Assembly: GCA_023213395.1 (NCBI GenBank)
Contig: CM041465.1
Coordinates: 184,085,741 to 184,149,740 of the forward strand
DNA length: 64,000 bases
Source: Cycas panzhihuaensis
Lineage: Eukaryota; Plantae; Cycadophyta
Direction of reading: 5' to 3'
Part shown: piece by piece, positions 55,501-64,000 of the stretch
Numbering within the stretch: position 1 is the stretch's first letter
Layout of the letters: the number at the start of each line of letters is the position of its first letter
Translations under genes and position numbers: made by a program
The notes under the pieces: generated by a model
The model's input: only the letters and a program-made list of their open reading frames with translations
Databases searched by the model: none
Told to the model about the DNA's origin: nothing

Positions 55501-58480
55501 TCAACAAAATCTGGTCATCGCCTGAATTGTGTGAAGCAACTTGCCAACTATGAATGGTTTGATTAGTCCTTTAATATTGGAGATCTAATATTCCTCCACC
55601 TCCAACCTTATAAGCAACAGTCTCTTAAGTTAAATTAAGGTCATAAACTAAGCCTATATTAATACAGCCCTTATAAAGTCCTCCATAAAATTGATGAAGT
55701 TGCCTATACCCTTAAACTTCCTCTAAACACCAATATCCATAATATCTTTCCATGTCTCTTACCTAAAAAATACCTTGGAGCAAAAGTTACATCCCATACC
55801 ACCTTCACATTCTCTCTGAGGAGCAAACTCTTATAATCCCACATGATAAAATCTTTGTCAATCATCAGCACTGCCTTTAAAATTATACTATTTCTTAGCA
55901 TTTGGTATAGTGGGTCAGTTGTGATATAGATGATGCAATTTAGGAATCTGATGAGTTCATCCAGTAATATTCTTATTTCCAATGCTGAGATGACTCAATG
56001 TCTCAAGGGGAGGACTTGTAATGTAACCCCACCTTTCCTAAGAACTAGTAAGTGAGAGCCACCAAAGGGTTAAGGATTGATGTTAGTTATTAAGATATGT
56101 GCACAGGTCACTAAGCCCTTTAATAAGATGTAAGACCATTAAGGCCACTAATAGGATCACAAGTTAAAAAACCCTCACATGTCTATTTAAAAGGTCAAAT
56201 ATCACTTGTAAAAGGTTGTTGAGTATTATTATCTTTTGAAGAGAAAGTACTTTAGTACTCCCTTTAATGTTTAATTTGTGATCTGTTTACATATTTTATT
56301 CTCATTAAGGTGATATTTGGCTTCCATTTCTATTAATCTACATTTATAAGATTGATTTTTTTAAAACAAATACTCCACAAGATATAGATTAGCTTAATTT
56401 CACCTTTTTAGATTAAATCATGAATGAAGTGATAATGAACTCTAATATATAAGATACGCATATGAAATATAGGGTTCTTAGCCAAATTCAAAGTACTATG
56501 ATCATCATAATATAAAGTTATTATATCTTCTTAATGATGACCTAAATCACTAAGAATCTATCCAAGCCAGATTACTTCAATTATTACTGTAATCGTAGCT
56601 TTATATTCTACTTTAGTTGAAGAGAGTGTGATATTGGGTTGCTTCTTACTACTCCACATAATAAAGTCTAAGCAAGGACTAAAATAGTAATTAAATGTTG
56701 ATATTCTAGAATTGACATATCTAGCCCAATTTATATCAGTGAATCTTACTAGCTTGAAGTTATTATTGCAAACAAACTCCTATATATAGTGTAAAATTAT
56801 ATATAAGTATTTGGGTATTTAGTTTATAATTAACTAGTGACATTAGTTTGATATTATTATGAATCCAAATACCAAGCCAACCATGAATGAGATGTCTATC
56901 CTAGTCGTAATTAGATAGATCATAGTACCAACTAGTTATTAATATAGTATACGATCAAGTAATCAATTATCTTCTTGAGATATGAGCTTTGCTCCTATTT
57001 CTATAGGGATGGGAATAGGTTTGTCTTACATTATAAATTTCTTTAAAATTTTCCATGTGTACTTAGCCTTCAAGATAAAAATTTGGCTAAGACTTTGTCA
57101 TATTTCTATATTGAGTAAGTAATGTAGCAAACTAAGATATGTCATCTCAAAGTGATTCATCAAATCTTTCTTAAGTTAGATATCATTGTTAGTGATCAAT
57201 AATTCATCCATGTATAAGACCATAAAGCTTATAGATTTATCTCTGTAAATATTTACTAAGAGATTTAAGTCTCCTAATGATTTCTCAAATCTATTCTTCT
57301 ATGAAAAATGATCAATCTTCTAATACCAGGCTTTAGGAGCTTGCTTAAGACTATACAAGTTTTCTTGAGTTAACAAATAAGATGTTCTTTACCCTTTTTA
57401 ATATACTTAGGTAGCTTTTCTATACATACTTCTTCAACAAGGAGCTTGCTTAAGACTATACAATTCTCTAGGATATATTTCTTCAAACTAGAATTTCTTA
57501 TACTAAATGTTAAGTGATGTTCTTTCAATATTTGGATCTAGCTCAAATATGACAATTTGCTTCAACAAACAACATTTAAGTTGGTTGATGTTAACTATAG
57601 GTTACTATTTGATATCTAAAGAAGCTAAGTAAAGCTCTTTATTATCTTCATGAAAAATGACATCATGAATTATATGAATTTTCTTTATCTTTAACTCATA
57701 CAAGCAGTATGGCTTGTTTTTTTTACTATATCTAATGATAATGCATTTTAAGCTCTTTTCATCAATTTTTATTCTTTTCTCCTTAGGTGTATGCATATAT
57801 GTAGTACTCCAAAAAGTTTTTAAATGGATTATAATCAACTCAATTCCCTTTAAGCCTCCTTATGTGTTTAATTCCAACTAAACTTTATGCGACTATGATT
57901 AATCACATAAATAATAGTCTTCATTATTTCCACCCAAAGATATTTATAAACATATTTAGCTTTCATCATTGCCTTTACTTTTTCTACTAAAGTCTAATTC
58001 ATTAATTATACTGCTCCATTTTACTCAAGAGTATAAGTAGTAATGAACTCCATCTTAATTCTATGGTCTTTGCAATATTAGTCAAACTCTTTTGAAGTGC
58101 ATTTGACTTTGTTATCTAATTACAATATCTTCAATCTTAATCTTATTTCATGCTCCATACATTCCTTGAAATACTTAAAGATAGGAAAGGCCTATAACTT
58201 GTCCTTTATTAGATATGCCTAAATTTTTCTAGAAAAGTCATCAGTGAAAGTCAAGAAATACTTCTTACCTCTAATCGATGTGACTAGTATTAGTCTACAA
58301 ATATCAAAGTGTACTAACTCTAACTTTGCCTTCACCTTCTAAGCTCTACCTTTCAAAAATGGTTTCTTCTATTACTTGGCCATGATATAAAATTTACAAA
58401 TATAATTCTTTATGTTTAATCTAAGAAGTCTATTAGAATTAATGTTATCACACATTGATAAAGCATAATATTATCTTGTA
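49523..58480 (-). mobile_element. Partial Copia element (INT-RT-RNaseH-PPT-3' LTR) split by the 49932-56377 Gypsy
   Basis: Integrase ORF 57605-57838 (HLKTF....Y.H.PKEKR.K.DEKSLKCI), RT YSLKQAPKAWY / LYMDELLIT. RNase H HYHFIHDL..KGEIKLIYI rejoins in frame with IDE*LSNIFTKTL across the insertion. C-run PPT complement at ~49804-49822. Confidence 0.85.
49932..56377 (+). mobile_element. Full-length degenerate Ty3/Gypsy chromovirus (Reina-like), 6.4 kb
   Basis: Two 361-bp LTRs (49932-50292, 56017-56377); decayed iMet PBS tagtattagatc after the 5' LTR; PPT aaggggaggac. RT ([38 protein letters not shown]), RNase H, integrase (KWKDIAMDFI), chromodomain (HLV*W.....DDAI*E ~55900). Degenerate TSD TAGGA/CAAGA. 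Confidence 0.93.
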
Positions 58481-58559
58481 ATAAGATCTAATGTATTTAG
58501 TTTACTATTACATTAAAAATCCATTGTATGGACCATTATCTATTATAAAATTTTTGTAT

Positions 58560-58801
58560 TACCACTCTTATTAAAAACAAGAGAGGCACAACCCAAACAA
58601 ATCTAGGGAAGAGAAAGAGGAAATGGCAATACTACAAATTCAATTGTATTATATATTTTGATAATATTATACTACTATTTATGAGGTGGCTTGTCATCCC
58701 TAAAGGGGTTTTCCACCTATCTATATGCTAAATTACCTAGTTGATTGAATTGTGCATTTAATTTTTTCATATAATCTCCCTCTTTAATATGGTATTAAAG
58801 C
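58560..58801 (+). mobile_element. LTR fragment with iMet PBS, truncated by the downstream LINE
   Basis: GTGG..GGGGTTTTCCAC at 58686-58716 and tggtattaaagc at 58790-58801. Confidence 0.55.
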
Positions 58802-59449
58802 AAGATTATGATGTAATTTTGGATAGAGGTAATATTTGGCTTATCTTCGGTGAACAACAACTGGCCTAGGGTTTTAACGAGCATGAGCAGACTGGCCTAA
58901 ATGGGGAGATTTAATGGATATGGATCAGTCTAGGAGGGGCATGAGGTCCTCAAGAGATCAAGGGCAGGTGCTTTCACCCCCCAAATGGACGAAGACAGCC
59001 ATAAGAGCTGTCAATTAGAGGCGGCAGACTTTTGAAGTGTATGCGAGCCACAAAAGCATGGAAAGAACTAGGCAATGAAAGGATCCAATTAGGGCTTAGG
59101 CTGAGATGGAAGAAGCAGAGACAAAGTGAAGAGGCGAAGTGGCCATTACTAGAGAAGGGAGGAATCCACATCGAATGATCAAAGTTATAAAACAGACTAT
59201 TCGAGCTAGTGTGGGAAGCAAGGCGCACTCAATAAAGCCTTGCCATTCCATAAAAGGAGAAGAACATTGTCTATACGACAAAAGGAAACTGCACACCACT
59301 CTCCAGAAACCCCAAGAGATTTACGATAAAGTGATTGAATCTAGAAAGGAGATTTTGTTTAGTTTAAAGGTGATGTATGGAGAACATAAACTCCAGGTGA
59401 GTCTAACAAGCTTATTTAGCTTAAAGTTCATGTAGGTTTTTTATAAAAT

Positions 59450-60700
59450 GGAGGAACCACTTCCAATAAACCAAACTCTGCTTCTCCCTCCAATAAGGTC
59501 TTATTGTGATGCTTTAAAAACGGGAGATGAAGATACATATAAGATAAAATTGATTGTACAAGATAACCTAATCAGAATAGCAATCCCAAAAGAACTAGTT
59601 GATAAGATGGAGAAACATTAGGAGAACTACCTGGTAGGCAGGTTCTAAGGGCCCAAACCTGGCCTAGACATCATCAGAAAATGGATTAGAACTAAATGGA
59701 GATCTCAAATCTCGATTGAGGTAATGGCCATGCTGAAAGGCTATATTTTATTCAAGTTTATAAACCAAGAAGATACGATAGGGGTCATGCTAAAATCTCC
59801 GTGGATGTTAGGTGAAAAGGCACTCACTTTAGAGAAGTGGCATCCTGATTTCAACCCTTCAATTCCAATAGTAAAGCAAGCCTAGGTTTGGGTCCAGATG
59901 CTAAGACTTCTATTGCACTTTTAGAACCTAAATGTGATAAAAGGTATGGTAAGTGTAATAGGCCCATTGTTAGCTATTGACTTAGCTACAAAGAATATAA
60001 CTCACTTAATAAATGCCCAGTTTTGTGTCTTGGCAAGATTGGACAAAAGGCTTCTAAGTGAGGCGAGGATTGAATCTAAAGGGTGGAACATCGACTAGAA
60101 GTTAACATTCAAGGTGGAAATTTCCAGATGCTCTAGGTGTATAAGACTGGGGTACCTCCCTCTGAATTGCCTGGGAGACCTAAAGAAAGTAGAGGATGAG
60201 AAGAAGGAGGTTCTAGATTCATCTGAAGGCCTAGAAAAGGAGGTAGGAGTACCAGAGACTTAGAGGATTAGAGAGGAAGCCAACTCTCAAGTAGAGGTAT
60301 GCAAGGAGGGGGTACCTATTAATTGGGAGGAGGAGGACACCCTCTCTAAGGACAGTGAGGATAAGGACTAGCCAAAGGCCTAAGAGAGGGAGCCCATGGA
60401 GAAGAGGAAGGAGACCCTAGCCATTGAAGACCAAGTACACCAGGAGGAAGCCCCTCTAGAGCAAGAAGGGCAAGAAGGACCATTAACCACATAGTATTTA
60501 TGGATAGCAAAAGGAAAAGGGATATAGGAGCTATTAGTGGGTTAAAGGAAAGGACTAGACCTGGGAAGCAAGAGGAGGGTGGGTAGACCACCTAAAAGAA
60601 TTATTTGGGGAAGGGAGATTATATCCCAAATTGATCAAGGGGTTTAGAAAACCTTGAAGGATGGGAGGAATGAAGGACCTTTCCTGAGGAGCAAGAGATA
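59450..60700 (+). pseudogene. LINE ORF1 remnant (DUF4283 + zinc knuckle)
   Basis: LVGRF*GPKP..DIIRKWI..KW, GYILFKF..QED...V....PWMLG.K.L.LEKWHPDFNP, VWVQ, RCSRC..LGY...NC. Confidence 0.85.
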
Positions 60701-60735
60701 ATCTCCATTAGGGGTTTAAGGGGCTATTGACAGAT

Positions 60736-63700
60736 ATGAGGTTGATATCTTAGGATATCAAGGGCCTAAATGCCCCCTCGAAGCAAAGAATTATTAAAGA
60801 TTTGAGAGCTAGATTGGAAGGGGATATAATTTTATTTCAAGAGACCAAATTAGATAAAGATAAATGAATAGAGGTTAAGAATAAGATATGGAGGAAAGGG
60901 AAAATACTAGCAAAAGAAGGTTCTATGGACTCTGGAGGCATGGCTACTCTATGGAACCCAAAAGTATGGGCAAGTATTGGGATGATACAGGAAACTCATT
61001 TCATGATGACATGTCTCACATGCCTAAGAACGAGAGTGCAATGGCTTATTACAAATATTTATGCTCTAAAAATAATAGAAGGGAGGAAGCTCTTATGGGA
61101 TAGGATTATGGAAATTCATAAAGACTAGAAATGTCCCAGGCTGGTGGCAAGGGATCTAAATACAGCTCTGAACTCGAAAGAAAAGAAGGGGGGTTAGAGG
61201 GTTAGTCAAGGAGTATGACTGATTTAGAGGACTTCCTATAGAAGGGAGGCCTGATGGATATTCCCCTATGAGGAACAAAGTATATTTGGTCAAACAGAAG
61301 AATAGGAGACAAAAATATTAAGATAAGGTTAGACAGAGTGATGATAAATTATGAGTGGGCATGCCTTTTCGAAGACATCAAACTGGATGGCCTCCCAAAT
61401 ATGGCATCTAATTACTCACCATTATTATTGGAGTTCAAACCTATGGAAAAACATAAGGGATCATCATTTAGGTTTGAACTTATGTGGATTAGACACCTAG
61501 ATCTTAGACAACAGATTAAAGAATGGTGGAGTACTTTATTTGAGGGATATGCTATGTTTAAATTTTCAAAGAAACTAAACTAGGTGAAAAGACGATTAAA
61601 AGAGTTAAATAAAGAGGTGTGTGGAAACATCTTTGAATCAAAAATCTAGATCCTCGAGGACTTAAAAGAAATTGAGGGAAGAATCCAAGAGAAAGGTAGG
61701 TCTCTTTCACTTGATCAGAAGGAGCAGATAACTATTAGGAACGTGGAAGAGGTCTTGGTAGAGGAAGAAATTCACTGGAAGTAGAAATCGAGAGCCCTGT
61801 GGTTAGCGGAGGGGGATAGAAATACTAAATTTATTTATATGATGGCTATGAAACATAGATCATGTAACAGAATTAATAAATTAAGAAATAGTAAAGAAGA
61901 AGAGGCAGAGATGGAAGAGGACCTCAAAGGTATAGCTATGGACTACTTTAAGAATTTGTATAAGGAACCAGGCTGCCAAGATCCATAGTTGAGGAGGGAT
62001 CTGATGAGATATTCCAAAGTTAATCAAAGAGGACCAGAATAGATGGCTGCGAGAACCTTTCTCGGTGGAGGAAGTAGAGAAGGCCCTCTTCTCCATGAGG
62101 AGGGATAAGGCCCCTGGTCCAGACAGTTTCCCTTTGGGTTTTTTTCATGAATTCTAGGACATTATTAGAGAGGATCTAAAAGCAACTTTAGATGAATTTT
62201 ATGAGAAGAGAACAATCCTCAAGGAGTGGTAGGCTACTTTCCTGGTGTTAATTCCCAAGAAAGACGAATCAAAAGATATGGAGGAGTATAGATTGATAAG
62301 TATTTGTAATGTCAAATACAAGATCTTCGTAAAATTGTTAGCCAATAGACTTAAGAAATGCTTGCCCTCCATTATTTCCATAAATTAGGATGGCTTCATG
62401 TAGGGTAGATAAATTCTTGATGGTATCATTCTGGTCCATGAGACGATCCATTCAGTAAATCAAAGGAAGGAACCTGGGATAATAGTGAAAACTGATATGT
62501 CAAAAGCTCACGATAGAGTGGCCTGGGATTGCCTAATGGATTATCTTAAGGCTTTTGGATTTGACGAGGTCTGGAGAGGGTGGATGGAAATTTGTATATC
62601 TAGACTCTAATTCTCAGTTTTGATTAATGGCTCCTTGACCCCTTTTTTTCCTAGGAACAAAGGATTAAGACAAGGAGATCTATTATCTCTCTATTTGTTC
62701 ATCATTATGGCAGAGATCCTTGGGAGAGCGGTGGAAGAGGCTAGAAGAAAAGGCTGGGTGAAGGGGTTAAAGTCTACATCTAGCATTGATAATATTATCT
62801 AGCACTAATTTGTTAATGATAATATTTTTCTAGTGAAGGCAACTATGGGGGAAGCCAGGGCTTCTAAGGCTAGGCTACTTGCTTATAAAAAAGCCACAAA
62901 TCAAAAAATAAACTTGGAAAAAAGCTATGTTTCCTTTATAAATACACAGGAGAGACTACAAAGGAGGATTAGAAGGGAGTTGGGGATCCCTATCAAGAAT
63001 CTCCCATCCAAGTATCTTGGGATGCCTCTGTTTGTTAGGAACATGAGTGGAGATCTCTGGAACCATGTTGTGGACATAATGCAAAAGAAACTGGAGGGGT
63101 GGAAAGGAACCCTCCCTAGTCAAGCTAGGAAGATTCAGCTAGTGGTTGCCTCTCTGTAGAGCACCCCTATATATATGATGTCTATCTTTAAGGTTCCCAG
63201 CAAAGTATTATCAATTTTGGAAGGTATCTAGAAAAGGTTCCTTTGGTCTACGACTGGGGAAAAAGATAGAATCCATCTGGTGGCCTGGAATAAGGTGTAT
63301 GCCCCAAGATGGACAAGGGGTCTAAACCTCAGAAGGTTGGGTCCTTTCAATAGGGCCCTAGTGGCTAAGATAGAATAAAGATAGGTGAGAAACACAAAAA
63401 GTCAGTGGAGTAAGATTATCTCTAATAAATACCTGAGAGGTAATCACTTCTTAAAAGTAGAGGGGGGTGGCTTTCCAATCCCTAATTTAGAGGAGTTTGA
63501 TTCAAGCTAGATCTATTCTATTACCAGGCTTGAGATAGAAGCTTGGGAATGGGGAATCTATAAATTTCTAGGAGGATAAATGGTGCAGAAATTATACTTT
63601 AAAAGAAAAGCCTAGCCTTGGCACTCTATAGGCAGCTTATGAAGAGAAATTTGGTACTAGGGTTATGGATTATTGGGAGGGTCAAGGTAGGCATAGAAAG

Positions 63701-64000
63701 TGGAGATCGTTTGAGGAGCTAGATTTGACCCAAGAATGGGAGGAAAACATTATGGCATTAAAGAAGGAGCTCGACCAGTGCTATATCCTAAAAAATCCAA
63801 AGGTAGATATGATTATATGGGCCCCCTCCCCATTGGGGGAATACTCTATCAAACATGACTATTTAGCCTTATGTTCAGAAGTGGGCTTGCTTGAGAATCC
63901 CTTGCTGAAGGGGCTGTGGAAGCTGGGTCTTATACCAAAGGTCATAGTCTTTTAGTTGCTCTACCTGAGGAATAAAATCTTGATGGTGGATAATCTTCAT
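60736..64000 (+). pseudogene. LINE ORF2 remnant (APE endonuclease + reverse transcriptase)
   Basis: MRLIS*DIKGLN, FQETK, ITNIYA, RLDR, SNYSP, FRFELMW, EGDRNTKF, KAPGPDSF, LIPK, LANRLK, K.DMSKAHDRV, GLRQGDLLS.YLF, KYLGMPL. Many TAG stops. Confidence 0.92.

Larger units (their letters stand above)
58860..64000 (+). mobile_element. Near full-length degenerate L1-clade LINE running off the window end
   Basis: ORF1 and ORF2 motifs in canonical order. Purine-rich sense strand. Clearly related to the 32479-35078 LINE. 5' end approximate. Confidence 0.93.

Overview
AT-rich land-plant intergenic/heterochromatic DNA, plausibly from a large genome such as a gymnosperm (inference). It is almost entirely a stack of nested, mostly decayed retroelements with heavy C>T/G>A decay. 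No intact host gene is visible. The only host-derived coding sequence is an intronless, frameshifted retrocopy of the chloroplast SRP receptor cpFtsY (7564-8716, minus strand). Other elements: an Ogre/Tat-like Gypsy (~10.7-25.8 kb) followed by a second diverged RNaseH-integrase copy; three minus-strand Copia elements; a chromodomain Gypsy nested in a Copia RNase H; and two related L1-type LINEs. The most unusual object is a young 4.72-kb non-autonomous LTR element (16172-20891, perfect AAAGT target-site duplication). Both its LTRs end in a 39-40-bp tandem array of 'LTR end + tRNA-iMet primer-binding site'. It also has a ~3-kb CpG-retaining leader with an AGATCT array and an antisense promoter-like module, and only a truncated Copia gag. 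Boundaries without a TSD are approximate; identities are manual estimates.
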